Shown: positions 29,350-43,670, numbered from the stretch's first letter. The stretch: DNA of 64,000 nucleotides from Eledone cirrhosa (GCA_964016885.1 OZ024743.1:324694001-324758000), one strand, 5' to 3'. Notes: generated by a model not told the origin, from the sequence alone. Translations and numbers: made by a program.

Positions 29350-31087
29350 TGTGAAGCCGGACAGGCCCAACTAGCACACCGGAACCCAACGACCCTGTGC
29401 TGATTGCGGAGGCTACCCAGCCAAACCCGAGTGATGGTAACCACGCGGTACATGTGGTGGGGCTTAAGAAGTCATGTAATTGCAGAGACCCATCACTATG
29501 CCCCCTTAGTAATGAATGCATAACGAAAAACATAGTCTACAGGTGCAAGGTCACAACCCCTAACTCGGAGCACCACTACATAGGATCCACAGCGACGAGC
29601 TTCAAAGATCGGTGGTATAACCATCGCCATTCCTTTAACAGAATAGATAAGAGGAAATGTACGGCCCTTTCTGAATTGATCTGGAAGCTCAAACTTGAAA
29701 AGACCCCGCACTCTCTGGTCTGGTCCGTGGTTAGAAAGGTTCCCCCAGACAGAGGCGGGTCTGGTATTTGCAACCTCTGTCTTAGTGAGACACTCGAGAT
29801 ACTTCATGGCGGAACCAAGGTATTAAACAGAAGGGCCGACTTATTCGGTGCCTGCAGACACCTAAGGACGGCAACTTTCCTCAAGCTATATGGATAAACC
29901 CTGGTTAAGGCCTCCCACAACGCCCCTCCCCCCTCTGTAGGTCCCCTACACCCAGTACCAATGGACAACAACAACCACCCATAGTTTGTGGTCCCTATGG
30001 TGGATGGTCCACCGGATCCTCTACTGGTTAGGAGTCATCAAAACCACGTTTTATTGAACCTGATTTTATATATATATATATGTGTGTAGTGTGTGTATAT
30101 ATGTATATGTTTTATGTGTGTATGTGTGTATATTTTATATATATATATATATATGTATATATTATATATATATATATGTATTTTATATATATGTATGTAC
30201 GTATATTTTATATATGTATGTATTTTGTGTGTATGTATATTTTATATATATATATATATATTTTATATATATATATATTTTATATATATATATATTTTGT
30301 GTATATATATATTCTATATATATATATATATTTTATATATATATATACTTGTGCGTACATATATATATATACACACACCTGTATGGATTTGTGTGTGTAG
30401 ATGTGTGAGTGTCTGAGGTGGTAGGTGTGAGTGTATGTACAAGTCAACCAACATAAGCCTTTTATTTCTAAATTTTCTAAACTATCTAAGTATTTGACTA
30501 ACCATTATTTTAAGTATTACCACCCCACATTAATTCCTCAAATTGTATGTGTGGATGTGTGTGTGTGTCTGTGGAGGTGGGTGTGAGTGTAGTGCAAGCC
30601 AACCTACATAAGTCTTTTTATTTGTAAATTTTTTACTCTAACCATAAATTTCAGTAGCACCACTCCACATAAATTCCTCAATTTAAGAATGACGTGTAGT
30701 ATCTATTTCATACTATTAACCTTAATTGAATATATATCTGACCAGGAATGCTTTTTGTGAAAATCAGTCATATGGAACTATTGTCATCTTGCCTGACGGT
30801 TTGAACTTTACAACACCACCTGCTTCTTTGAGGTCAAATACCAACCCTACTAGCATCTACAAACTGACCAATGAGAATTAAGACGATTCCTGCTGACAAC
30901 ATTAAATTATTCCTAACAAGCTCATATGTCCCAAGGGTCTGATACCATCAACACTATAAACACAGAGCTGGCATATCTAAGAACTGATTAACTGCCTGAT
31001 AAGGTCATAGCCATTCAATGGCTATCATCGAAATATATATAGCAGTAAATAAAGGATTATGAGTTCATGCAATTGACTTATGTTTCG

Positions 31088-31092
<5 letters not shown>
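29350..31092 (+). mobile_element. 5'-truncated Naiad-like PLE: GIY-YIG coding end (29397-29897) plus 3' UTR/pLTR
   Basis: SCNCRDPSLCPLSNEC, IVYRCKV, YIGSTATSFKDRWYNH, CNLCLSE, CRH. Hammerhead near the 3' end. Bounded by (TA)n. Confidence 0.82.
30991..31046 (+). ncRNA. Hammerhead ribozyme, core mutated (CTGATAA)
   Basis: ACTGC CTGATAA stem II ATAGCCATT/AATGGCTAT GAAA TATATA TA GCAGT. Confidence 0.6.
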
Positions 31093-31135
<43 letters not shown>

Positions 31136-31138
<3 letters not shown>

Positions 31139-31349
31139 TCTGTTCGCTTTTTACGCTAACTTGCTTTAACACGAATTCGCTTTAACGCATCTTGAAAAAA
31201 TATTATTAAATTTTCACTTTGCGCGAATAACGTGCTATAACGCGTGTGGGCTTTAATTTTTTTTATTTGTGGGAAAATTAGACTTGAATTACGCGAATTT
31301 GCTTTACGCGCCACGTTCAAGAACGCATCTTCGCGTAAAATGCCAACAG

Positions 31350-31353
<4 letters not shown>
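31136..31353. mobile_element. Tc1/mariner-pogo-type MITE inserted at TA
   Basis: 21-bp TIRs: CAGTCTGTTCGCTTTTTACGC versus right-end reverse complement CAATCTGTTGGCATTTTACGC. TA flanks. Confidence 0.8.
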
Positions 31354-31433
<80 letters not shown>

Positions 31434-31474
31434 CGAAACATAAGTCAATTGCATGAACTCATAATCATTTATTT

Positions 31475-31530
31475 ACTGCTATATATATTTCGATGATAGC
31501 TATTGAATGGCTATGACCTCATCAGGCAGT
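31475..31530 (-). ncRNA. Hammerhead ribozyme with intact core, in an inverted pLTR copy (31428-31599)
   Basis: Minus strand: ACTGC CTGATGA GGTCATAGC..GCTATCATC GAAA TATATA TA GCAGT. Confidence 0.75.
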
Positions 31531-31594
31531 TAGTCAGTTCTTAGATATGCCAGCTCTGTGTTTATAGTGTTGATGGTATCAGCGCCTTGGGGAC

Positions 31595-31739
<145 letters not shown>

Positions 31740-32257
31740 GTATTATATACAGAGGTATATTATATATCATATTTCGTTTTGTATATCATATCATTTACAA
31801 TGTATATCTATATATTTTATTTTACATATATATAAAATATTTTATAATATATATTATAATTATATATTATACATATTATATATGATATTTTATATATTGT
31901 ATATTACATATTATATATCATATATTTTATACTGTATTTTTTATGTTTCATGTTATATGACAATGTGTATTCTATATTATATTTTATATATTGTATATTA
32001 CATATATATTTTATGTTTCATATTATATAACAATGTATATTCTTTGTTATATTTTATATATTATATATTGTCTGTTATATATCATGGTGTTGTATATGAT
32101 TTAATAGAACACATTACCAAATAGCTGCCACATCAGTTTTCTTCAACGATTTTTCAATAAAAATATTCAACATAAAAAATTCCTTGCATGAAATAAAGAG
32201 AAAAATTACCAATAAAACGTATTTACATTACTCTACTTCTTCCTCTTGCTTCCAGTG

Positions 32258-32372
<115 letters not shown>

Positions 32373-32446
32373 GTACTGCCTCTGTTTTGTTCCCGTTCCA
32401 TTTTTCACTATCTTTCTACCTATCTATCTCTCCCAATATAATATTA

Positions 32447-32536
<90 letters not shown>

Positions 32537-32685
32537 TCACGCCGTATATTTTCTATAAATATATCATATTATCGATCACCAACTACAGTTATTGCTTTGC
32601 GCGAACTAAATATATGAATCAGTTCGATGCTTAAAAACGTTTTACTAATACTCACTCAGTGTATGTGTGTGGGGTATGTGTATAG

Positions 32686-32802
<117 letters not shown>

Positions 32803-33526
32803 CATAGAAATGTACGGAGGAGTTCTGGCCAGCGAGTTCCAGGTAGGTATTTCAGATTAGCAAGCGGTATCTTTGTCAAGAGTCTTCTCACATAGTTTCT
32901 AGTCAATTTCAGCTTTTTTAGTGAAATGTTTCGAACCGAAACTATGCTGCAGCTCGTGTCAGACTATATTTATTTGTGGGTGGTAGACATAATCGTGGGC
33001 CAGAGTTAATATCAGGCCCTTAGAACGTAGGTAATTAGGGTATTTAACAATGGATGCTATAGCCAATGTTCCCATGCCACTGCTCTCTGTGTCCATCTTC
33101 TACCACTACTACATCGGCATCTGCTCTTCTCATCTTACAAGATACTTGCATTCCAGCATTATCAATGTACATATTTCTGCAGTGGTGAAGAAGTTTATTT
33201 TACAATCATGTGGTCCTGAGTTCCACACAAAAAACGTTCGAAACACTTGTTGATTATACAATGCTCCTGCTGGCTACATGTTACATATTTGCATTCAGTC
33301 AGAGTAAAGCAATCAGTGATATGTATACTGGTCTTAAAAACAGCGTGACAGGGGTAACGTAATCCGAAATATTATCCCCCACCCTTGAGCGAAAAGCTGT
33401 GACACATTATCTCTACATTTTACAAATCAATAAAGAAAAATCATTTTTGGCTATTACTTTTTTTAAAGTATGGAAACTCATTCGTCATATAATAATTTTC
33501 TTCTATTGAATATCATCATCTTGTGG

Positions 33527-34125
33527 ACGCAGCATGGACGAATTATGAAGAAGTTCGCATCGCAATTATTGGGTGCTTGACTTGATTCTACTGCGTGATA
33601 TCTTAGACAAGTACCATTTACCATAGCTTCGAGTCGACCCATGCCTTGTGAGTGAAATTGTGTAGACATAACTGTTTGGAAGTTCGCCAGATGGACTACT
33701 AAGGCTGGTAATTCAAAAGGCCAGCCTTGTCACACACTCTGCAACGCTGAACCTCACTACGTATTGTAAACGCAGCAAGACTGAATGGTTATGAAGTTGG
33801 TTTTGTAATAATTAGGTTCCGGGTTCGGTCTCACTGAATAACATCTTGGGCAAATGTAATTTACCATAGCCACGGTTCGACTCATGTCATGTGAGCGAAA
33901 CTGGGTAGACAGAAACTGTTTGGAAGCCCGTTGGATGGATTATACGTGTAATTCAAAGGGCCAGAATTGTCACACACTGTAATACGCTGAATCTCCCTAA
34001 GAATTACTTTAAGAGTACACGTGTTTGTGGATTGCTCAGCCACTTACACATTAATTTCATGCACAGGCTGTTCCGTTGATCGAACACCTAGTACATTCAA
34101 CGTCGAAACCGACGAAGGTCCATTT
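33527..34125 (+). mobile_element. Two tandem diverged tRNA-derived CORE-type SINE copies (about 33527-33760 and 33768-34125)
   Basis: GGGTTCGGTCTC B box, CTTGGGCAA core, and CCTTGTGAGTGAAA..GTAGAC.GAAACTGTTTGGAAGCCCG block shared with copies at 50385, 55215 and 56637. Confidence 0.7.
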
Positions 34126-34344
34126 TGTTCCATAATCACCATCGTTCGCCCGCATTTTTTCGTAAATAGCCACAACCCTTCTCCACCCATTGCAACATTT
34201 ATACCCACTTGTTTTCCCCTGGTTGAGTGACTGCCATGAACATCGGCGATATTTGAAACCCTTGGTAGAATTTGAAGTCAGAACGCTGTGTACCGGAATA
34301 GATATCACTCTAAGAATTCGGCCAATCCGCCGCCATGGACTGAT

Positions 34345-34420
34345 ACTTTATTTTATTGACTCCGAAAGGATGAAAGATAAATATGACACCAGCGGGATTT
34401 GATTTGAACTCAGAATGTAA
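34345..34420 (-). mobile_element. SINE fragment (same family as 13005-13145)
   Basis: TACTTTATTTTATTGACTCCGAAAGGATGAAAG..TTTGAACTCAGAATG. Confidence 0.6.
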
Positions 34421-34539
34421 AAAAAAAAAAAAAAAAAAATCTATTTTATCCGACATCCTAACCACTCAACTAATTTTCTGCCTATCAACCACTGAGTTAA
34501 ACAACAACAACAGCTCTTATTCATATTTATTATGTCTCA

Positions 34540-34745
34540 GTTGTTCGATCAACGGAGCAGCTTGTGCCTGAAATTAACATGTAAGTGGTGGAGTATTCCA
34601 CAGACACGTGTATCACTAATGTAGTTCTAAGGCACATTCGCCTTTATACAGTATATGACAAGACTGGTCCTTTGAATTAAAGGTACAATCCACCCGATGG
34701 ACTTCCACACAGTTTCCGTCAACCCAACTTCACTAAGTGTTGGGG
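34540..34745 (-). mobile_element. SINE 3' part, inverted relative to the 33768 copy
   Basis: GTTCGATCAACGGAGCAGCTTGTGC..CCACAGACACGTGTA..GGACTTCCACACAGTTTCCGTC is the reverse complement of the 33910-34085 block. Confidence 0.65.
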
Positions 34746-35806
34746 TAACCTGAGGCTAGGGCAGAGGGCTGGCTGTTCTACTTACAAGTAGCCGATCGGA
34801 AAAAAGAATTAATAAACTACGAGCAACCCTCAAAATTGTAGACACATGGTAACTGACCGACCCTCCCCATCCCCTGTCCTGGTTTGAGATATACAGTAGT
34901 GATAAGTATTGGCTTAGCGTTTGAACATAACAGAAGGAGGAAATTAAATCTGCAAATGTATTGCAACAACAACAAAGCAACAACACCACGAACAACTACA
35001 ACAACGTCCAAATCAATGACAACTACTACAACAACAACGAGCGTTAGTTGAATAAGCATTAAACATTCTACGTACATTGCTAAATATTCAATAATATTAG
35101 TACGTATTAAATTTTTATTTCAAACTCAAAATCTTACCTTTGAACCCTGCAGTCAGTTATATGTGTTATCTTTAGAAATTGGCATATTTAATTATGATAC
35201 TAGGTTTTCAAATCGGAAATTTGATTGGCTTCGTTCAGTAAAAATTACAGCTACTCTGTTACATTCTATGCACCAGTTTGCTTAAATGATATAAATTGAA
35301 TTAGACGTCTATAACATTTTTTTATCTTGTAAAAAGATATATTGTTTGGTGGTGAAAGATGAAATTCCTCTCAGCACGAACTATTTCTATTTGATAGAAA
35401 TCCTTCTTAGAACAGTCGTACTAAATCGATTTCATAACAAGCAGCACAAAATGTTCAGGCGGATTAAGTATATTACAAAAGTACATCAATGTGGCACTGA
35501 ACTCAAAACGCAAAGATCCACAACAAATACCACAAGGTATTTTATATGCACTAATCCCATTTATTACACACACATACATATATGCTATATATGATTTCTT
35601 TTAAATGAAACAGACCTAGTCCTGTGGAAGCCATTTATATATATGTATATATATAGTATAAATGTTTATGTTTGTGTACAAATAATACAACAATAAACTG
35701 TAATTGAATACTGTTTATCACGTGGGTAAAAAAATATAATAAAACGTTGTTTGTGAATTGAATTTAACACTTTCGTCTTTCACAAGACTTATCAAGATAA
35801 TATTTG

Positions 35807-36343
35807 CCGTATATGCCGGCGTACAAGTCGACATTTGGAGCCTTAAAATATGTCTCTAAAACCAGGGGTCGACTTGTCCGCCGAATATAAAATGTGAACC
35901 TTTACCACTGAGGGGTAAACAATGAAACTGCCTGCCTTGTACACCACTTACCATAACTCTAGCAGCCTACCACTATTATTTCCTACTGAATCTCATATTA
36001 GTTATGTCTATTTAACGTAGAGATTATAATAATATCAATGACTTGCTGTAGCTCATAGGGTAGGTTACCATAGGGTAGGTTACCATAGGGTAGGTTACCG
36101 TAGGTTCGTTAAGGTTAGGCTAGGCTGGTTTACCCAGTGAGTTAAAACTCACTTGCGATTGAAGTGTTTTAGAAGTGCGTTAGCCTTTAGCGCGCCACTA
36201 AATATTTTGAATTATTTCCCTTGCAACTGCTTTATTTTTGGGGGTCATCTTAACCATTGAACATAAACCCAAACTTGAATCACACCTTAGAATTTTAGGG
36301 GTCGACCTATACGCCGGATCCACTTGTACGCCAGCATATACGG
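35807..36343. mobile_element. Tc2/pogo-like MITE (CCGTA-type TIRs)
   Basis: CCGTATATGCCGGCGTACAAGT and ACTTGTACGCCAGCATATACGG; TA on the right flank; internal 15-bp repeat CATAGGGTAGGTTAC x3. Confidence 0.8.
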
Positions 36344-36399
36344 TAATTATTACTAACCGTAAATTCCCTAAGTGTATTTTCGCATCAAAATTGAAGGAA

Positions 36400-37490
36400 G
36401 CAAAATAACTAATCTATAGAGGTACTGTGACCTGCTGATCTCAAACTGAGACCAATTGTTACAGGACCACAATCACCAACACATCGTTTGAGCCACTTTA
36501 TAGATTTGCTTATTAAATTTCTATGTTCAAATATTTCGAATTATGACAAGATGACATGGATTTTCTTAAACATATTCCATCGACTATCCCAAAGGACACT
36601 AATTTAACAAGATTTGATGTAACACTAACATGCCACATCCATTAGTTCCTAGAAGCAATCAATGTGTAGAAAATAGTAAATGACCGTTTCAAATCAGATT
36701 TCATCACCAAAGCACTACACCTAGTATTAGAAGAAAACATATTTAACTTTGAAGGAAAAACATATAGACCAGGGTTAGGGTGGGTTCGCGGGGCACACGC
36801 ACCACTGGGGGGGGGGGGGGAATTTGAAAATGATGTTAATGAAACAAACTTCAGATTTTACCTTATTTACTTTCACATTAAAGCAAATTTATATTACTGT
36901 CGGAAACACCTGTCTCACCTCCTCTACATGTTATCGTGCATCTGGCACCACCTATACGCCAATGTGTTTACACTTTGCTGTTAATCATTGCCGTATTTAT
37001 ATCAAAGGAGGCATAGCAATTTCTGAGATGTTGAGGTGGGGCATGGTACACAAAAGGTTGGGAAGCATTGATATAGACAAAGAAAATGAACAGTTATGAC
37101 TTAATATACTAACCTTGTGATGAGATTCCTAGAAGAAAATTATATCACAAAGTAGAAACTAAAATTGGTTAAAATGTTAAAGAATATATTGTCGGGAAAA
37201 TGGGAACGATTTCTAGATGACTGCCATATTTTGGAACGATTCAAAAAGGCAAACTACAAACATTTCAGAGCATTTTAAATTCTCACCATCTATCTATTAG
37301 TTTCACAACAGAAACCTGTAAGAAAGAGCTACAATTATGACACCAGAATTACTACACATTTTATGAAGTTGCAAACACACCAACAGTTGAACTTTCATTC
37401 ATACTACCCCTCACACACCAAATGGAACATTCCATACTGCATGGTTAGACAAATATGTTCAATAGTGATGAATCCAGAACTAAGGAAAGG
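36400..37490 (+). pseudogene. Highly decayed PLE reverse transcriptase, interrupted by a hAT MITE
   Basis: Remnant motifs LRPIVTGPQSPT, LVLEENIFNFEGKTYR, WERFLDD, LNFHSYYPSHTKWNIPY. Confidence 0.7.
36770..37070 (-). mobile_element. hAT-type MITE with perfect 8-bp TSD ATATAGAC
   Basis: TSD at 36762-36769 and 37071-37078. Homologous in reverse orientation to 49734-50053. Confidence 0.75.
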
Positions 37491-37895
37491 TATGATGAAG
37501 AGAATGATGGTGATGATAACGAAGATGATGGTCCTCCATTGCTTTCGACGATGAACTTGTATACATTCTCAATGCGTAATATTAACCCAGGTCAAGGATT
37601 AGGCTTATCACATAGTTTGGCAGGCTTCCGCAAGTTTCCGTCCGCCAAATTTCACCATGAACAGATTTGAAATACCTACCTGGGAATCACTGATCAGAAC
37701 TCTTCTTTACTTTTCTATGAAGGCACACACACACAGCCACACTGACTTACACATATAGACACACACACTGCATTCACACATACACTAGTAACACTTTTTT
37801 AAGCGTCGAACTGGCTATAATTCATATATTTAGTTTTAGTTCGAGCAAGCAATAACTGTAGTTGTTGATTGATATGATTTATATATAGACAACCG

Positions 37896-37998
<103 letters not shown>

Positions 37999-38755
37999 CG
38001 AAGGAAGTGTGGTAAGGAACCAGGTGGACCATAACGCACCAAAGTACTCAATACTTGAGGTAGTAGAGTGGGTAATAGGAACCAGTAAGACGTTGCTGGC
38101 CCGGGATGGAAACCTTTATTGTTTATTTCGTGGTAGTCTCTTTAGTATTTTGGCCCCTTTTGTTGACCCGTCACCGTATCATTTACGTACTTATACCTCT
38201 TAAAAGGGTCCTTGCCTATTTCGTCCCACCTAGTTCTTTTACTTATTTCCTTATTTATTTATTTATTTATTTATATACTTCTTTCTTTCTTTCTTTATTT
38301 TATTCTCGCCTAACAATAGCCTGACACCTAGGTCGTAGAATTTAATTTACTTTACTTTTTTCTTTACACTTATTTGCTTTTCTTCACTCTCAGTATTTTT
38401 TCTTTCCTATTTCTACCCCCCATTGTTCTACCTACCGTTCCGACTTCCTCCCCCTCCCCCTCCCCTGTATCTTCTTTGACCTCATGCCCAGCTGTAGCTG
38501 GCACTACCAACGCTTGATTGGGTCTACTCCACCCCCTCCCCTCTTTCTCCTACTGGCAGGTTTAGCCACCATCTCCCCTACTAATTTGCAACCACAGAAT
38601 TACTACTGATTTTTGACAATCACTTTGACCATATATGGAATTATCCCTTGAGAAGATCGGCTATTTAAATACCAGGATAAATTTTCATTTAGTCCAGAAT
38701 TAGCCGTCGAAACGGCTTGAGCTCAGCTGTCGGGGTCTTACTGGTTCCCATATAC

Positions 38756-38863
<108 letters not shown>

Positions 38864-39547
38864 AGAAAAAGAAAGAGAAAGAAAGAGAGGGAGAGAGAGA
38901 AGGAGAGAGAGGGAAAGAGATAGATATAGAGCATTAAAAATACAGTATAACATATACAATATATGATATATAATATAAAACATAAAAGATACAGTATAAA
39001 ATGTATGATTATATGATATACAATATGTGCTATATAATATATAAGATAAGATATGATATAAAATATATGATAAACATCATGTAATATGTGACATATGATA
39101 TATAAACATAACATATATAATATATGAAATACTGTACGCTATTTGTGATATGCGTATACAAATATTATATACAATAAAAACATATGACACTCAATCTCAA
39201 TATACAATATATATAATACATACATAGTATACAGTTTATAATATATGATATTGCATTGGTGTATCAGCTGTGCTCGGGCGAGAAATAAGATTCTAATTTT
39301 ATTTATAAGAGATGGCCATATGAATGGACGTGTTATTTCTCTCTAAAAACATTTTTTTCAATTCCACCCCGCCCGGTCCTTCGATCTTTCTAATTTCTCA
39401 TTCTATCCTCTGATGAAGGACTAGCGTCTGAAACGTTAAAACCATCTTCTTGCTATTTCAAGCGTTAACCTAATACATTCCTTCCATATACTGTACCGAT
39501 TGTGTTGTCATTTCTGTTTACCTTTTACACACACACACACGCACGCG

Positions 39548-39699
<152 letters not shown>

Positions 39700-39706
39700 T
39701 ATATAT

Positions 39707-39850
39707 AACGAAGGAAGTGTGGTAAGGAGCCAGGTGGACCATAACACACCAGAGTACTCGATACTATGGGTAGTAGAGTGGGTCATAGGAAAAGAGTCAG
39801 GAGCCGGACGGCTGAGCTCCGGCCGTTTCGACAGGTAGTTCTGAAATATA

Positions 39851-39899
<49 letters not shown>

Positions 39900-39904
39900 C
39901 ACAC

Positions 39905-39955
<51 letters not shown>

Positions 39956-40066
39956 TTGGAATAGAATGAAACGAAATTTCATTTCTCACTCTTAGTACGA
40001 CACTTACTTAAATGTAAGTATGTATGTATACGTACATACATATATGTATACAGACGTACAGTAGCA

Positions 40067-40156
<90 letters not shown>

Positions 40157-40376
40157 CATATATACATACAGGCACACATATATATATGTACGTATCAGTT
40201 TAGCGAATATTTATTATAACATTCGCTTTGTTCGTTTGTAAACAAACGGACAGCCTGATTTACGCCGTACGGTGTTAAGGCAACCACGTCACCTTTTTGT
40301 TCAAACGAACAAAGCGAATGTTATAAATATTCGCTAAACTGATACGTACATATATATATGTGTGCCTGTATGTATG

Positions 40377-40430
<54 letters not shown>

Positions 40431-40935
40431 TGCTACTGTACGTCTGTATACATATATGTATGTACGTATACATACATACTTACATTTAAGTAAGTGCCGT
40501 ACTAAGAGTGAGAAAGGAAATTTCGTTTCATTCTATTCCAACTTATCGTTTTCGGTGCGCCTTGCCGACTGAACTCACTCGATATGCAAATTAGGCTGCT
40601 CAGCCGTTAATTTTCATAAGGAAAGTATATACTTTCGAACGTTCAACCATCTGGCAGAAGGGTATACGGTGCTGACGATAGCTAACAAGCTTGAAACTAG
40701 TACATCGTTCCTCTGCCAGTGTTGAACAAAAAGGTGACGTGGTTGCCTTAACACCGTACGGCGTAAATCAGGCTGTCCGTTTGTTTACAAACGAACAAAG
40801 CGAATGCTATAATAAATATTCGCTAAACTGATACGTACATATATATATGTGTGCCTGTATGTATGTATATATATATATATGCATGCTACTGTACGTCTGT
40901 ATACATATATGTATGTACGTATACATACATACTTA
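39707..40935. mobile_element. Family A non-coding cassette with nested fold-back inversions
   Basis: About 39955-40245 is inverted versus about 40305-40545, and about 40190-40303 is inverted versus 40722-40835. A 140-bp terminal module lies at 39707-39845. Confidence 0.8.
40666..40708 (+). ncRNA. Minimal type I hammerhead ribozyme (family A)
   Basis: ACGGTG CTGACGA TAGC-taacaa-GCTT GAAA CTAG TA CATCGT. Confidence 0.82.
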
Positions 40936-40942
40936 CACACAC

Positions 40943-40983
<41 letters not shown>

Positions 40984-41027
40984 AGGGGGGGTGTATGTGT
41001 GAGTGTGTGTGTGTTTTAATATAGAAG

Positions 41028-41078
41028 GACTTCTACAGGACTAGAACTGTTTCATTCGTGAGAAATCATCAGGAAGCT
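41028..41078 (-). ncRNA. Hammerhead ribozyme (family B), left arm
   Basis: Near reverse complement of 43310-43360. Confidence 0.72.
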
Positions 41079-41607
41079 GGCTGTCCAAGTAAGTGGTGGT
41101 ATTTATATCTTTTCTTTTCTGGAGGTAGGAGAGGGTGGGGATTGGGATGGGTGGAGGTCATTGGTTGAAGGATTTAAAGAAAAGGGAGTTCATTAAAAGC
41201 TAATTCTTTAAAGCTATAATATTAACAAAGGCAGAAAGAATACTGTAAACAAATTAAAATTCGGAATACCAATCCTTGTTTATCTCTTAAACTAACAATG
41301 CCTGTAAGACAGGTGACTACAGGATGGGTGGGGTTCATTGGTTTAAAGAAAAGGGAAATTCTTTAGAAGCTAATTCTTTAAGGCTGAAATAAGGGTGACA
41401 AAGGCAGAAAGGGTTCTATAAACAGATTCAAGTGTTGGGGTGGTTCCTCTTATTGTGAAGTTTCTCTTAATATATATTCCAGGTGTCAACAAGCACATTC
41501 ACACACGCGCCCACTTACACACGTACACACACGCATATTCGCAGGCACACACAAGCAGGCATACGCACTAGCAGGCACACACACAACAAACAAACATATA
41601 AATACAT

Positions 41608-41638
<31 letters not shown>

Positions 41639-42137
41639 CATATATGTACATATATAGATATACATAAATACACTCATATATATACATACACATACAAATA
41701 TATATATATATATATACATATATACATATATACATATATACATATATACATATATACATACACATACACACACATACATATACACATACACGCATACATA
41801 TATACATACCTATACATCAACACAAACATATATATATACATATATACACATACACACATACATACACACATACATAAATACATACATATACATACATATA
41901 TATATATATATATACATATCACGATACATTAACAGAGCCATAGACTCTCGCCGTTCCCTGTAAATAATGTGCTCAAAAGAGAGGAAATCCTGAGCATTTT
42001 AAAATACAATATGTTGAAAAGGCTCCGTTAATGTATCGTGATATTTCGCTCCTTATAACAGTCTTTCCTCCCTCTCCCACGTGTAGTTGGACGGTCGCTT
42101 TAAAATTCTCTTAGTGTTGTCTGAAATGTATAGCCTT

Positions 42138-42219
42138 ACACACGCTGATGAACCTGGGTTATTTCATTTCTGTCAACAACTTACTGGCGAAACAGATCAC
42201 TTTGGATTTCTACGTGTGT
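42138..42219 (+). ncRNA. Type I hammerhead-like motif in the spacer
   Basis: 7-bp stem I ACACACG/CGTGTGT, CTGATGA, long stem II, GAAA, stem III AGATC/GATTT with a C-C mismatch, then TA. Confidence 0.6.
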
Positions 42220-42717
42220 TATATAGTTATAGAGGTATTTATTTACGCTTTAATTTATATTTTTAATTATCGTGTCTATATTCTGCCTTTCATAGGTTAT
42301 AGATTCCATACACTGGTGGTTTTTCCTTGTTTTATTGATGGCGCACTGTATCTCTCTCTAGTGTGTTACCTTTTCAACATATTGTATTTTAAAATGCTCA
42401 GGATTTCCTCTCTTTTGAGCACATTATTTACAGGGAACGGCGAGAGTCTATGGCTCTGTTAATGTATCGTGATATGTATTATGTATGTATATGTATGTAT
42501 TTATGTATGTGTGTATGTATGTGTGTATGTGTATATATGTATATATATATGTTTGTGTTTATGTATATGTATGTATATATGTATGCGTGTATGTGTATAT
42601 GTATATATATGTGTGTGTATGTGTATGTATATATGTATATATGTATATATATATATATTTGTATGTGTATGTATATATATGAGTGTATTTATGTATATGT
42701 ATATATGTACATATATG

Positions 42718-42786
<69 letters not shown>

Positions 42787-43309
42787 TTATATGTATGCTT
42801 GTTGTGTGTGTGCCTGCTAGTGTGTGTGCCTGCTTGTGTGTGCCTGCGAATATGTGTGTGTGTACGTGTGTAAGTGGGCGCGTGTGTGAATGTGCTTGTT
42901 GACACCTGGAATATATATTAAGAGAAACTTCACAATAAGAGGAACCACCCCAACACTTGAATCTGTTTATAGAACCCTTTCTGCCTTTGTCACCCTTATT
43001 TCAGCCTTAAAGAATTAGCTTCTAAAGAATTTCCCTTTTCTTTAAACCAATGAACCCCACCCATCCTGTAGTCACCTGTCTTACAGGCATTGTTAGTTTA
43101 AGAGATAAACAAGGATTGGTATTTCGAATTTTAATTTGTTTACAGTTTTCTTTCTGCCTTTGTTAATATTATAGCTTTAAAGAATTAGCTTTTAATGAAC
43201 TCCCTTTTCTTTAAATCCATCAACCAATGACCTCCACCCATCCCAATCCCCACCCTCTCCTACCATCAGAAAGGAAAAGATATAAATACCACCACTTACT
43301 TGGACAGCC

Positions 43310-43360
43310 AGCTTCCTGATGATTTCTCACGAATGAAACAGTTCTAGTCCTGTAGAAGCT
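43310..43360 (+). ncRNA. Hammerhead ribozyme (family B), right arm
   Basis: AGCTTC CTGATGA TTTC-tcac-GAAT GAAA CAG..CTG TA GAAGCT; perfect 6-bp stem I. Confidence 0.8.
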
Positions 43361-43430
43361 CTTCTATATTAAAACATTTATACTCTGCTATGTATTGAGT
43401 ACCTTATCTCCGATTCAACCTGGAATAACT

Positions 43431-43509
<79 letters not shown>

Positions 43510-43670
43510 TCACGTGATTGATTCTTTTGAATTTGCCACTTGACCAAGAAGGCAGTGAATTTTTCAATGGCTTGGAATCTAGCCCCGCTCGCTTTTTTCC
43601 ATCCACTGAATTATTTTTATATAAGTTCCCAGTGTCCCCGCATTGCTTGGAAACTTAGCTGAGAATAGAA

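Larger units (their letters stand above)
41013..43430. mobile_element. Large fold-back element (family B): about 1-kb arms 41013-42022 and 42369-43375 around a 346-bp spacer
   Basis: Mirror ORFs 41483+ and 42905- ([12 protein letters not shown]...). Arm ends GTTTTAATATAGAAG/CTTCTATATTAAAAC and GTTGAAAAGG/CCTTTTCAAC. Confidence 0.9.

Noticed and set aside
35130-35200. Minus-strand exon ending AAG|GTAAG
   Set aside because: The nearby ATG frame hits TGA after 10 codons and there is no other support.
39405-39442. Functional hammerhead (CTGATGA AGGAC..GTCT GAAA CGT TA)
   Set aside because: The core is present but stem I does not pair, so it is counted only as degenerate.
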